Part shown: piece after piece, positions 1 through 26,300 of the stretch
Layout: each line of letters begins with the position of its first letter
How positions within the stretch are numbered: position 1 is the first letter of the stretch
Origin: Chrysomallon squamiferum
Lineage: Eukaryota; Animalia; Mollusca
Direction: 5' to 3'
Assembly: GCA_012295275.1 (NCBI GenBank)
Contig: CM022665.1
Span: 39,742,001-39,806,000 of the forward strand
DNA length: 64,000 nt
Program-made: the position numbers and the translations under genes
Notes under the pieces: model-generated
Seen by the model: the letters and a program-made list of their open reading frames with translations, nothing else
Databases searched by the model: none
What the model was told of the DNA's origin: nothing

Positions 1-2519
1 GTAGCAAAGCATTGGGTTTTGGGGTTAGTGATAACACATTTACACCTGTGCATCTCTCATGTCTTTGTGATTACCAAACAAAGGTATGGAAGCTCGTTAA
101 TGTCATCATAATTTAAGTTACGCGATAGTTTTCCTCTGCTACAATTTTATATGGGTTTACAATGAAATTTATAAAAACAATATTGTCAAAGCCGTTGTTG
201 TTACAGAGATATTTTCGAAGAGATACTCTTACGGATTCATATAATGAAATGATTAAAATTACAAAAAACAACAACTGGTGCTGCTATCATGCAAATATAT
301 AGAAAGGCGTTCGCTCGCAAAATGGTATACAGTTATATGTGTAATTTGATATGTGTGTTTGTTTGTAAATATGACAGAAGGAGAAAGTGAAAGAGAGGAA
401 TAGGGGCAGAAAAATAGACTGATAGACTGAAAAAGAAAGAGAGAAAAGAAAAAGACAGTTAGGCCAGATATATCCTGATATAAATAGATACTAACTGTAA
501 TCGACCAAAAAGGTAAAAAAGAACATTATATAGAGGAGAGACTGACTATGTATCCAACTGGAATCACATGTAGTCAAGTGATACCTATCAGGTAACACTC
601 CAGCGTGTGAAAAACCAAAAAGCTCGCTGTAGACCGCATAACCAGTGTTTCCTAGTTGATGTGCCAGCAAATGTGGTATGTCTCTTTCAGAACTAGATAT
701 TCTCGATTACAAGACTCACATGGTTTTCACGTATAAACAATACTTATGATGTTAACTGCTTTGTACTCGATGAAATAATGTATATAAATAATAATTATAG
801 GTGCTGAAGTCTTCAGATGTGGAAAACCAAAACGAACGAAAGGTAACATATGAAAGAATCTAACTGATAAATCTGACATCGTTTTGAAACTGTTCTTATT
901 GTGCTTTACTGATATTAATTACAGCTATCACTATTTCTGTTACTGTTACTACTACTATTAAAATATCACCACCACCAACAACTACTGCTACTTCTAATAC
1001 TACCACTGTTAATACTACTACTTCTACAATCATCATCAGTACCACCACTGTTATTTTATCTACAGTTATTACAACTGCTGTTACTACTAGTATGCACTGT
1101 ATGTGAGAGACTGTAACTGAACGTTACATGCATGTCAGTCTAAGTGTTTCCGTAATTGTTAATCAGTATTACAACCGCGAAACAACTGTTCATGTCATTC
1201 CCCATCCTTTGTAGATCCTTACGTTTCTTTTAGTTTGTCCAGAAATCTGTATAATTATGACGTATGTCTGTTCCTTTATCTATGCGTATACTTTTAACGC
1301 AGTTTCATTTATTTCATTATTTCAGAATCAGCAATTAAATCATATCAAATATAATTTTTGGTAACTGCAGCAAGAATCATGATATCCACAATTATCAAGA
1401 TAAACAGAAATACACCTGAATTCTTTAAACTGGTCTGAGAAATGGGGATTGAATAAAGGATTCTCAGTAATTCTCAATGATGTTCAAAGAATCATGGATT
1501 CCTGCACAAATTTCCCAAAACCCAAGGGTCTAATATTATTATGTATCGCACCAGCTCTGAGTACATCAATTCTTCAGTTCTCTTTATTTACTCATTTATT
1601 TAAAAGCTCCTGTCATAACTTGCCAGCATTACGATTGATATTCAGTGTATCATCCAATGTCTATTAATTCCAGTGTAAAGGTTTATTATCCTACAGAGAA
1701 GTACAACACGCTAATTTAATTATCCTTAATACACGATCTCTGGTATCTGAAATAACAACGTACTTCTAGAAAATAGAAGAAAAAAAGAGTTGTTCGTGAT
1801 CTTTGACTGTACAGAATACTTTGAAAATACGTTGTGCGGGATAACGAGAATGTATTAATGTTTACAAAGAATGCTGATGTTTAAGATGTTCATAAATAAC
1901 ATTATATCTGCAAGAACACATTGTCATGATGAAAATATATATTGGTGTATGTTTGTGTATGTTTTTGCGTGTGTGTGTGTATGTGTGTGTATGTATGTAT
2001 GTATGTATGCATGTATGTATGTGTGTGTATGCTCGCGCGCTTTTATGTTTTTATATGTGTTTGCAGGTATGTGTATGTACTTTTACTCATGTTATTACGT
2101 ATGAAAATACAACAACCATCCCTAGTAAACATAAAAAAACAAATGAACGTTAATTCTGGCTCACATTGATGCATAGATTAGTTTAGCCTGGCCTCACTCC
2201 AACATCCGATTATTTATGGATTTAATTAAGAGTCGCTGGGAGAGTTACATCTGCAGACAAAGCGAGTTGTCTGGACATGAAAAGAAAATGAATAAGTCAT
2301 AAAACAAAGCCACTGGGTAAGATAATACATCCAAGGACAGACCTTGTACGGCTGGCACTGGATACACCAGAGAAACACGTATATAAATTGTTTTCGTTAG
2401 CAGTGATGCAGGACAGACTCTTGAGTGGTTCTGGTCTGGGACATCGTGAATTAGACTGAAGATCAGCACAGAAACTACTTTGTTAAACTAAGTCGTTAAC
2501 AGTATAGTCTTCTAAAAGA

Positions 2520-3040
2520 AACAAAACAGGACTGGTCCATTAATTCTAGAAAATGTTTCAGAAAGAACGTAAAAGTTAAGTAGGACTGTTAAGTTGTGAA
2601 AAAAAAAAGTGTTTCAAGAAATTTGAGTAGTAAAAGTATGGAGGACTGTAGAACTGTAGAACATTCTTTAGACAACCCAAATGTTAAAACTAACGAGGAT
2701 GGTTCTGTTAATTATAGAAAATGTTTCAGAAAGAAGAAATTTAAACCTGAAAAGGGCTGGTCTGTTAAAATCAAGAAAATATTTCCGAAAACTAGAAAAT
2801 GTTAGGATTTAGGTAAACTAGACTAACAAGAGCTGGATTTCAGAAAAACAGAATGTTAAAACTAAGGAGGACTGGTATGTTAGTCCTACAAAGTGTTAAA
2901 GTTAGAATTTAAAGAGCCTGGCTGGACTGTTAACGAGAAAAACAAAAAAAAATGTGTCAGAAAGATAAAATCTGAAAAATGGCACAAAATATTTCACAAA
3001 CCTGAATATTAAAATTAAGAGGGACTGAGCAGTTAATAAT
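2520..3040. repeat. Degenerate minisatellite, unit about 55-60 bp
   Basis: Recurrent GGACTGG/T..GTTAA....AGAAAATGTTTCAGAAAG....GTTAAAACTAA motif. Confidence 0.65.
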
Positions 3041-3317
3041 AAAACAAGATTTATCTATTGATAAGTCTCAAATATGAAATTAAACATTATCGCTTAAACT
3101 GATTTTATTTTTTACATCCATTATAAACAACATACTGTAACTGAAGTTTGTGGCTCGGTAGTCCTATACAAGAATCTCGTTAGCGTTTTTGATGTGTTGT
3201 TTATAATTGTTATTATATTATATACACAAACCTGTAGTTTGTACCTGACATTAAATACAATCATATCTTTAATGAACAAATAATATATTATCGTTGGAGG
3301 TAGTAGCAGCAGTGGTT

Positions 3318-3318
<1 letters not shown>

Positions 3319-3388
<70 letters not shown>
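3319..3388. repeat. (TAA)n microsatellite
   Basis: Perfect TAA run; one of many in the window. Confidence 0.95.
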
Positions 3389-3397
<9 letters not shown>

Positions 3398-3564
3398 GAT
3401 GATGATGGCAATGATGATAACGACAACTACTATTATTACTAATGTTACCGTAAAAACAATAACTACTACTACCATTACCATAAATTAATATCGTAAAGTC
3501 CAAACTATCATAATCACAGCTATTAATATCATTACCACTAATAATAATTTCCAACACACACACA

Positions 3565-3601
<37 letters not shown>

Positions 3602-6338
3602 TCAGATAACTTTTCCTTTCTGGTTTTGCGATATTTTTAAAATTCATCTTTCGAAACTTAAAAAAAACAAAACAACAACAACAACAACAAAAAAAACTAC
3701 TTTGCAGCAGAAGTTTGAGTCACAGATAGAGGCCTGAATGCTGTTAAATGAATAAACTCTGACTAAGACACTAAAATCGTTAATTAAGTGTAGTAAAATA
3801 ATTAAATTTTTCTAAAAATACGTTAGAATTAACGGGGGGGGGGGCGGAAACAAACAAAAAAACTAATTAAAAAATAAAAAATATGGCCGTTACTCAGATC
3901 ATGAAAATGGTTTTGGGAAATGTCAAAAAGAAAAGAAAAAGAAAAAAAACAAACTGTTCTTAATTACCTTTCTACTTCTTTTTCTAGTCTTTATGGATAT
4001 AACTAAAGTCAAGGTATGGGCTAACATGTCTATATTTAAGCTTATGTTAAAGTGCATCTATGAATGAAGGTCTGATAAAGTTCTTTACACTTACAGGATA
4101 TTTTTTTAATTATTATTTTGGAATGCCTGTTAATGTATGGCAAAAAAAAAAAAAAAAATAAAAAAAAAATAAAAAAATAAAAAAATAAATAAATAAATAA
4201 TAATAATAATAATAATAATAATCATCATCATCATCATCATAATCATCATAACAAAAACAACAAACAAACAAAAAATAAATAATAAAAAAATAAACAATTA
4301 AAAATAATAATAAAATTAAAAAATATATGAACAAAATAAAATTAAAATTAAATTAAAAATGAGTACATTAATGAATAACATAGTTTCACAACTTGAGTGG
4401 TGACGTCGTCGCGTCATAGCGGTCTGATAGCCGTAACTTTAGGTTTATAGCAGCAAATCGGTCTGCCTTGAATGCGATGACGTCACAACTTGGCGCCTCT
4501 TTATTTTTGTATAGTGTTCTTTTGATATTATATTTATCACTAATTAATAGTGGAAAAAAATAAAAAAAATATTTAATAATAAAATAAAATGAGAAATAAA
4601 TAACTTGGAAGAATCCAAGATATATATTTAGGCAATTTATTCATTTTACCAATGTACACTTTAAAATTCCTGCTAATATGCATAACAACGAGTTTCTTCT
4701 CTAATTTCATAACCATTAATATTAAATATTTTCATTACTTTGTCTTTTTCTTTATTACACAATTTTAATTTTATGAATACTTCTAAAAGTTTGAAATAAA
4801 CTTTTTTTGCCCACTAATATATTATGGTATACTTAATTTAGCGATGATTTAGTCCATGTTATTCGTGAATCGATCGACATTTTACGGTATGTAATTAACA
4901 TGTTAATAATTAAGATAGAAACCAAAATGTTATTGGCCACTGGAGGTCTGTATCTTATTTCTAAATTAACTAGTAATTTAAATATAAAACGTAAGCATAA
5001 AGAATTAAAAAATTACAACGGCATTGCACTATCTTTAATAATTAAAATATTTCATTATCTTTCCCTGGAATTAAGGTACGAACTAAATTAAATTTTAGTA
5101 ATTGCGTCTGTAGTTATTTATTTAAAAAAAAAATAAAATAAAAAAAATAAAATAAGGTTTTCCATTCTTTCTAATCAGTTTTTTTTTTTTTCAATAATAT
5201 ATATATTGATTTATTTATAGTAACATTTTTACTCATTTCTTATTCATTTATTTATTTTAATTTAACTTTAAAATGATATGAAGTGTTTTATCTGGATAAT
5301 CCATCCACCATCCATCCATCTATCTATCTATCCAGTCATTCATCTATCCAAACATGATTTTTTAAACAGTCTTGCCTCCAGTAAGGTAATACGCTGACTC
5401 TGACGAACTAATTAATGATTGCAGAGTGTGGCATGTCGAGAACCTGTTCTCTTCGTATTCAGCTGTACAACGAGCCAGCATATGTTTCTGTTTATCTCGA
5501 GAACTCGGAAGTCAAGAACATCTTCGTTATACCACAGAGCTATGTGTGATATCGAATATACCCACATACTGGGTCAGTAATATAGGCTATGGGTAGGAAA
5601 CCCACACAGAAGAATCTCTTGTCAAGTTTGTGCAAGGCATTCTGCGGATGGAAGACTTCAGTGTTAAGGCATAAGGGAAATTAAAAAAAAAAAAAAACTC
5701 TCTTGATGCTAAACTATATATTTGTTGTTGGCTTTGTAAGATTGCGTGAGGTGGGCTCTGTTCCAGCATATTGCATGCCATATTAATCATCGAATCAGTC
5801 CTGTATTATTTAGTAATAACCCGCTTTCTCGTATAATCAGGTTTCACAAAGACTATGTGCGAAAGTCTGTTTAGAATTAACGTTATTTTATTTTGTTTTT
5901 TATCCTACCATCCTATTCAGCATCAGCTAAGAGGAAGTTACATTCAAAATACAGTACAAACATTTAGTTTCAAACATGGCAGAACTGAAGAGTAACTAAT
6001 ATTTATCTAAATCATATCATTCAGAATTATATAATTATGTTCTGGGATTGTACCTGTATATGTAATTTAATTAAAAGAATTCTAGTGAAACCTTTCGGAA
6101 TTCTGACTGAGTTAAAGTTCATGAATAATTTATAGACTACTTTAATTTACCTCATGAACAAGTTAAAAAAGAGAAAAAACGAAAAAAAAAAAACCCCAAA
6201 CAAACAACAACAAACAAAACAAAACAAAAAAAGTATCATCTGGAAAGCAAAACATTTCAGCGAGTAAACGAACATTAGCCTTGTAACCTCATGTATCAAA
6301 TATATTAGATAGAAAAAAAAAAAAAAAACAACAACAAA

Positions 6339-6376
<38 letters not shown>

Positions 6377-7714
6377 ACAAGGTACTGCTAGTACTCAGTG
6401 TATTAATAACTATTAAATATTATTTTAAATATAGCTTCCAGAATACATGTAACTGTCTCTATTAATCTGTTAACCGGGCGCAAAATGAAATTAAACATAG
6501 CCTTAAGAACGGAATGAGAAAGCTTGATCCGGCAACCTACCAGGTCTTCGATATAACATTACTGAACTAGCTTCTTACTCCAAGTATCTGTGTAATGTCG
6601 TCCCGACTCTTCGGCTGAAAAGTACACACTCTCAGCGGAACATTTCAGACACGAACCTGCGAGCTTCGTAACTTCGAGCGAAACTTTTACCTTCTAGTTA
6701 CTAACTACAATACAGGTTTATTCGGTACCAGTTCGCGTCTTACAAACATCCGGCTTTACATCAGTTTCTTAATTTAAAGCAGGCTATTTTATTTCGTTAT
6801 CTTGTAATAATAAAATATTTTGCTACACGTTTCGGCCACGTGTGAGGTAAGGCAATAAGGGAATTGTCTGCTCGTTTCAGTGAATACAGAAAACGAACGC
6901 CAGCTCTCTCTGTTTCCTAGAAGTTGAAATAACGCCAAAAGATGAGGCTTAATAAACAATAAGCATTAAATATAAACAATAAATACAGGTCACGTAATAA
7001 TGAAAATACGTGACATTCGTACATGCATGCATACACACACACATACATACATATATACATCCATACATACATACTAAAATAAATACATACATTCATACAT
7101 ACACATAGACATACGGTAATATAATGATAGCAGCAGCAGAAACAATAATAAAAATCAGCACCATCATCATCATCAACAAATAACTAGAAAAATGATTTAC
7201 GTCACTGAGTAAGTTCCAGAACGAAGTAAGCAATTCTGCATATATAGAGAGTGAATATTAAATATGTACGACTGTTATTTGAAATAATCGTGGTTTCGCC
7301 ACATTCACCTGTGATGCTTTTTACTGTTATATAGTTTCAAAATAACTTGATGTATTTTTAATCATAACTATTTTATCAATATCAGTAAAGTTTAACGGGC
7401 ATACATTTCGTGTCATTTCTTATCGGAACTTTCGTGGTTGACTTATTTATCACAAATACCAAATAAATATCGACGTATTCTCTGGTCGTAATTTGAAACA
7501 TTTCTTTGTGTGTGTATATAGAATATAAAGCATTTTGAATTATTCATAAATATCACTAGGGCTTCGTGCATAACGTAGGTATAATGCGTAGGTTTGGTGA
7601 AATTTTGTAGATGAAAATTAAACGTGTGAAACAACAACAACAACAACAACAACAAAAAATAATAATAAAATAAAATAAAATAAATTAAAATTAAAATAAA
7701 AATTAAAATCTTAC

Positions 7715-18818
<11,104 letters not shown>

Positions 18819-19391
18819 GATGCGTGACTGGAATATAAGAAGTCTTATCACCAACTAACTACGTCCACACTCGCCGCTCTAATCTTACAACGATCCCTAC
18901 GATCTATAGAAACAAACACCAACTGGCGTATTTTGATTCACTGTGTGTGTCTGACTTGTCAACTGGCCGTCTGATAGATGCACTAAGTGCGTGCTAGGCT
19001 CGAGAGCAGCGCGAGCAGTCCACGTTGAACTGTCCCAGGCGAGAACGGTGCAGCCGACACAGAAAGTTAAAATAACGCGCGGATAACGTTTGTAGTCTTT
19101 GTCGTCAGTGAATATAAAAACATATCCAATAATCGACATAAAGCAAAATCGATGATACGTGGAATAAACCCTAGATGAAAAAACAAACAAAAACAATATA
19201 TATACATATATTTTTTATTTTTTTATATATATATTTTTTTAACCCCCACGAAGACTGGTTGAGTGCAAAATGTACAGAATGATATCTGGTTAATGGTATT
19301 TTGCTTCGTGAAAGCGGTGATGTTAATAGAATTACAGGAAACTCGGTAATTGAAATAATGTAAATTTTGGTGTTTAGTTAAGGAGGTTTTA

Positions 19392-19440
<49 letters not shown>

Positions 19441-20686
19441 GTAGTAGTAGCTTAATGGTGATAGTATTAGCGGTAGAATATGAAGTAGTAGTAATAATAG
19501 TCATGGTTATGGTAGTAGTAGTAGAGTAGTAGTAATAATAGTATTGATGGTAGTAGTAGTAGCTTAGAGCCATACTGTAGTGGTTATAGATGAGATAGTA
19601 ACAATAGCAGTAGCAACAGTAGTAGCGGTAGTAGTAGTTGATGAAAATGAGGTAGTAGTAACAGTATCGTGCATAGATACGTATAATTACACAAGACATT
19701 AATAGTAAACAGATACGAAACATTTAAAAAAATTTAAAATGTTAAAATTTAAATAAATAAAAAAATATATATAATAAATAATTTTTAAAAAAGTAGAAGA
19801 AAAAATTATTAAAAGGTAAAATATTTTGTGCATAATTTTGAGAAATATATATATAATTATATCTACATATATAGACGTTTATATGTATATGTAAGTATCT
19901 GTATATGTGCATGTGTACAGAGAAAGAGAAAGTGCTGAAAACGAATGACTAAATGAATTATTACATTTGACAATGATACATAAACATTATTTTAACGATT
20001 TATTAACGATTTTAGATTAAAACATTTTAGCCTTCAATTGTTTTATCTTTATTTTTAAAAAAATATTTTAAGCAATTAAAAAAGAAATAATAAAATAAAT
20101 AACTGCTATTCCTGAAAGGAATTTGCGCTGCTGTTGGATCAATTTACAGCAACTGTCTGTTATGAACTTTAATATTTAAATAATTGTGTACTAGTTGGAA
20201 TGGAAAAAAAACCTCAAATAAAACAACAACAAAAAACACACGAAACAAAGGATAATCCTAAGTTTGTGACGTGTATATTCAAACAGTTAAATATTTAACC
20301 ATTATTTTCCTCCAAAAGTGTGTTTAATAATACGATCCAGCATGTCAGCATACTTAAGAGCATATATTACTACCCTGTCCCTGGAATATGTCAATTACAC
20401 GACACACGATTGGCGCAATATGCAAAGTTGCCAAGGCTACTTGTCGCAATGCGCAACTGGCAGACGGCATGTAATTTATCATATAGTTTATATTCAGCGA
20501 AACCTAAACGATGGAGGTTTGAATATTTAATATTTAAAGACCTCCATTTGTTATTATCTCACAGCAAATTCAATGTTGTTTGACATTTTGTTTTTGTTTT
20601 TAGTTTTGTTTTCCAGGATACGAAAAGATATTGCCTTTTATATTCATTCGCTTAACGTTTAGATGATACACCAAAGAAATACATTT

Positions 20687-20725
<39 letters not shown>

Positions 20726-20922
20726 TCATGATGACGATGATGACGACGATGATGATTTTTTCATTGATGTCTTTACTATTTACTTACTTTATTTATTGCT
20801 GATGTTACTGATGCTTTTTTTTCCCCCTCTGTTACTAGTGGACACAACAGCAGCAACAGCAGCAATCACTATTACTGTTACTAGTTCTCCTTCTACTCTT
20901 AATACTACAATTACTGTTATTG

Positions 20923-20966
<44 letters not shown>

Positions 20967-21436
20967 GCTTCTGCTAAAACTGCTACTACTGTTGGAATTA
21001 TTACTACTGTTTTTATTGTTGTTATTGTTACTGAAAACAGTATCACTGTAAAATAGTTTGACATTGTTCTCTGTATACACATTTCTTGATAATCGGATAA
21101 TGTAAATAATATATGTTGTAAGGGTATCGATTCTGAAATAAACATTGATATATGTATCTTTAGGGAATGATACAAGATTTTAGATCAATTTTCTCAGATC
21201 AATACATATCGATTAATATATATATAATAAAATAATAATAAAAAATTAAATAAAAATTAAAAAATGAATAAAAAAATTAAATTAAAAATTAAAATAAATA
21301 AATAAAATATCGAGGATTTAAAACAGTATTAATAAATATTAATTAAATATAAATTTCCCTATAATTATCATTTTAACTTTTTATTTTAATGCAAAGGTAT
21401 TTAAATGTATATATTGAGCAAGATAATTTTTAAGCG

Positions 21437-21489
<53 letters not shown>

Positions 21490-21787
21490 TTATTCTAAAC
21501 AATATCTATCGCATTTTTTGTTTTCTTTTTTATTTCTAATAGAATTTATTTATTTTCTTATTTACAAGCAGCTAAATTTATTTTTATAGAATTATTTTGC
21601 ACCGTTTGAAAAATACGACGTTCGGATTCTAGAGTTACGTCCCTTAAGTTTTAAACGACGAGCGTTAACGTTTCTTTATTTTCCTTAGCAACTAAGACAA
21701 CCGACCAAAGAACTTCCAGCAGACAAGTCCGAGAAGTATCTCTTTACCACGTATTTCAGGTAGTATCAGTCTGAGAATGATACGATA

Positions 21788-21824
<37 letters not shown>

Positions 21825-22089
21825 TTAATAATAACAACATTTAAATTGTTGCTGTTATTGTTGTTATTATAACTGCTACTATTATTACTACTACTATTAC
21901 TTTAACTATTATTGCTACTGCTGCAGCTATTGCAACTTCTAACAGTTCTACTATTCTCCTCCAGTTATTATTATTAGTAGTATTCTCTTCTTCTTTTTTT
22001 GTTCTTATATTATTATTATTATTATTGTTTTTATTATTATTATTATTATTATCAGCAGCAGAAGAGATAGTAGTAATAATAGTGTTAGA

Positions 22090-22364
22090 CTTTTTACATT
22101 AAATTGCAGAAATAAAAAAGTAAATAAACAAATAAAGAAGTAAAACAAAATAATTAAATAAATAGAAAATAAAATGAGTAAAATTAAATAAATAATTAAA
22201 TAATAAGAGAGTAAATAAAATAAATTAAAATAAAATAAAATAAAATAAAATAAACAAATAACTAAATAATATTCAAATAGTAAGATGCAAGTACATAAAT
22301 ATTCAGTATTTTTTTATTTATGTATGTTATTTTGTGTTTTTTTGGATATAAGAAGCCCAAATAA

Positions 22365-22400
<36 letters not shown>

Positions 22401-22716
22401 TTTTTTTTTATTATTATTATTATTAGCAGTAGTACTAGAAACACTGGTATTAGTACTAGTGTTACATTAAATTGCAGAAATCAATAAATTAATAAGTAAG
22501 TAAGTAAGTAAATAAATAAATAAAACAAAATAAACAAATAAAATAAAATAAAATAAAATAAAATAAAATAAAGTAAATAAATAAATAATATTCAAATAGT
22601 AGACAAGGATGCAAGTACATAAATGTTCAGCATTTCTTTATCTATGTGTGTGTTTTGTTGGTTTTTTTTTTTTTTTTTTTATAAGAAATCCAAATATACT
22701 GTTAAAATTGTTGTTG

Positions 22717-22753
<37 letters not shown>

Positions 22754-22760
22754 CTGCATA
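22090..22760. repeat. Old local tandem duplication (period about 330-370 bp)
   Basis: TTACATTAAATTGCAGAAAT and AATAATATTCAAATAGTA...GATGCAAGTACATAAAT.TTCAG each occur twice in the same order. Confidence 0.65.
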
Positions 22761-22870
22761 TTATTTCTAAATATAATCTGCATGTATCTTCTTATCAAAT
22801 ATTATTTCCTAGTGATCACATTACGACAAAAAACATCAACAATTAACCCCACCCCTCCCCACTATTTTCA

Positions 22871-22903
<33 letters not shown>

Positions 22904-22993
22904 TTGTGTTTTCTTAAGCAGTCGCACTACTTTCAAACAGTGCGACCAAGTCGTGACTTCCAATTAGGTCAAGTTGACAGGTGAACCGGTTGG

Positions 22994-23014
22994 TGACGTC
23001 ACATCCGTGAGTCA
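22994..23014 (+). promoter_or_regulatory. CRE and AP-1 consensus sites just upstream of the gene B start codon
   Basis: TGACGTCA at 22994-23001 and TGAGTCA at 23008-23014 in a CpG-rich patch; another TGAGTCA at 23272-23278. Confidence 0.45.
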
Positions 23015-23067
23015 ATACCTGCCAGGTGTGTTGTGTTTCGTTACAGATCCTCCCTGTCTCCACAAAC

Positions 23068-25193
23068 ATGGTAAGTTCCGCTTAAATCTCTTCTTTAATC
23101 CGAAGCTGTCCCGATTTAATGCATCCGTAACCGCGCGAGGAATTACGGAATCTGCGGTTTAGCTCAACCGGCATCTTCAAAAGATTTTTTAAGAACGAAC
23201 GAAAACATGGCGTCCGTACCTGTAAATAATAACTATCGTTAACAATGTTGGGTGTGTGCGTATGCTGTCTCTGAGTCACATTTCGAGTAGCTTATAGTGG
23301 CCAGGGTTCGAAAATGGGCGGGTGAGGTGTGGTGCTTGTTACCGTATTGCGCTGGGTAGCTAGCTAGCTACCCGACCGAGGTCATAATAATATGATAATT
23401 ACTAAACGACTAAAAATAATACATGATTCAAACAATCCGCCGGTATTAACAGTTGAAGAGTTTTGCATTTAATTTCATTTGTATAAAATATAAATCAGAT
23501 TTTATATATGTTTAGCTATATATTTATTTATTTATTATTTATAATGTTAATAATTTATTATTTTGATCGTCATTTAAGATTATCAACATGAGAAATGTTT
23601 TTTTTTTTCACCAGGTCACGATATAAAATGAGTATTAAAAAGAGAATGTTGGGTGTGACTGTATATCTATATCTATCTATCTATCTATCTATTTGTCTGT
23701 CGGTATGTGTGTGCACACACACTAGTATTTTTTTTTTGATGTTTACAAATTTTTATTGGAATATTAATAGCCTGCATTGTTTGGTTTTGATAGCTAAAGA
23801 TATGTTATGCAAATATGGAGATATGCACACCCTAACAAACGATTTCTTATTAAATTCATCGATTGTCTTTATCTGCAATCAAGTACAATAAAAAAGTGAA
23901 TTTATAAAGAACTTGCTGAAATGAAAATTAAACACACATAAATAAATATACGTATTTGTCTGTGCATGCATTATACACATACATATGTACACATAGGTAA
24001 ATATATATTTTTTTGTGAACTAAGTTATTAATAGCTGTTCAGTGTTAGTATTTATGTTATAAACCCATTTTCTGCTCTTATAAAAGTTGAACGTAATTCA
24101 CAGCTGAGCTTTCAAACATTTATTGTCAAAGTTTACTATGCTTTGTACGTATGTTATCAAAACCCCGCTAGTCCTAATACATAATACTTGATTTACTATA
24201 TTATTATTACCTTTTTTTTTTCACTTTTTTTTTTCTCTTTTTTTCCAGGCTACCATTAGACCTGAAATGGAAAACGGTGAGTGTCTGGTTTTCGAATATT
24301 TTAAAATTTAAATGAAATTAAGTGACTTACTATAAATGAAAATGAATCTCGATTTGGGGAAATATATGTTCTCTGTAGATACAGTTATGATCAGCGACAA
24401 AAGAAAAGGTGTGGCACTGTCGGACCCGCCCTTCATATTTAACTTCTAATTCATTTTATTTTTATTTTATTATTATTATTTTTATTTATTATTGCAAATA
24501 TATTAAGATAATGGTTGTCGTTGTTGTTGTAGTTATTATTATTATTACAAATAATTTAACAATGCATTAAACCACAACATAATTTTGAAAAATTATAGCA
24601 CAAAACGCATTGCCTTTGGTAAAAAAAATAAAAAAAATAAAAATAATAATAATACTAATAATAATAATAAAAAAAAAAAATAATAATAAAAAATAAAAAT
24701 AAATAAAAATGTTTCGTTTTGTTTGTGTTTACGTGCATTTTGAAAGCATACTTTGACCAGCAAGTCAGAACTGATCATTTTTACAATCCTCATACACCAA
24801 TCTCTTGGGCATATTTTCGGGAACGCTGTTCAGACACAAAATTCTATGGGATAATTATTGCAAAGATCTTTTAGTTAATGAGTTTATTTAAAGCGACAAA
24901 GTCAGACAACCAAAAGGGAAATCGCTTCAAACACAGCCAGAAACGTTTGAAACAAGATGAATTAACTTGGGGAAAACATTTAGCTTACTTTCTTTCTTCG
25001 TTTCTGTTGCGCTTTTCTATCATAATAATAATAAACAAAATACCCTTCCCCAACCCCACATTCTTCAAAAACCACCACCAACAACATGGTAATAAATAAA
25101 CGAAAGCTTCCAAATTCATATGGGAAACACGTATTATTATTACTATTTATATATTACGTGACTTATTTTAATTTTATTTTATTATTATTATTT

Positions 25194-25266
<73 letters not shown>

Positions 25267-26251
25267 GATTTTATTTATTTATTTTTTTATTTTTTTATTT
25301 TTTTCAGAAATACGTGAAGCCTTTACCATGAACTGCCAGGCTGATAACAAACTCGCTCTGAATGGTCTGGGGAATGTGCTGCGGTCTGTTGGTCTCAGTC
25401 CAACGGAACTTCAACTGAGGAAAATAGCCGGAGAATATGAACAACGCTGTACGTTGTCTATTATTATCATTATTACTGTTGTCGTTGTTATTGTTATTGT
25501 TGTTAATCCTATTATTATTACTGCTATATTATTTGTATACTATATCACTGCTTCATAAACTATTTCAGTGACGTTCCTTTTCCAGTCTTTATCACAATAT
25601 TTCGTTCACTGCGTCTAAACTTCCTTATTTTTTTTTTTTTTTTTTTTTTTTTTGTAATTTGTTAATTAATCTCCCTCTCTAGTTTTATTCACCCTTGGCT
25701 GAACCAAACATCATTTTAAAAAGCACTGAAAGGACAAAACCATTAGATGTGATCAATATACATTAAGAACTTTAGAGGAAATAAATGGCCCATGTCTTTG
25801 TGTAGTTATGTTCACATTAGACTGAAAAACAACACAAATTTCTAGATAATTCGTGTGATTAGGGTCTGTTTTTTTGTTTTTTTCCGCCAGCTGCTTTCAT
25901 AATGGAAGCAGATATGTCTTGTAATTTCAGAGACAGATGTCCGAGGTTCCCCAAACTTCTTATTTCTTTCATTTCTTTTATATTTGTATTTGTTATATAC
26001 TAATAATAATACTAATAATAGAAATTACAAATAGTTAACAGAGTAGTATAATTATTATTAACTTTTTCATCATTAAATTGTTATTTTGTTTTCATCATAA
26101 TGAATTTAGATCATCTGTCTGGTAATAAATCACTGGATTGTTTTTTTCCTATGAACTTCGTTAACAGTTCCTCTTTCTTAGCTCAACACTGTGTATAACC
26201 CTGTTTTTGTAAATGCATCATCATTTTACTTTTACTATGCTGTTCTTTAAT

Positions 26252-26300
<49 letters not shown>

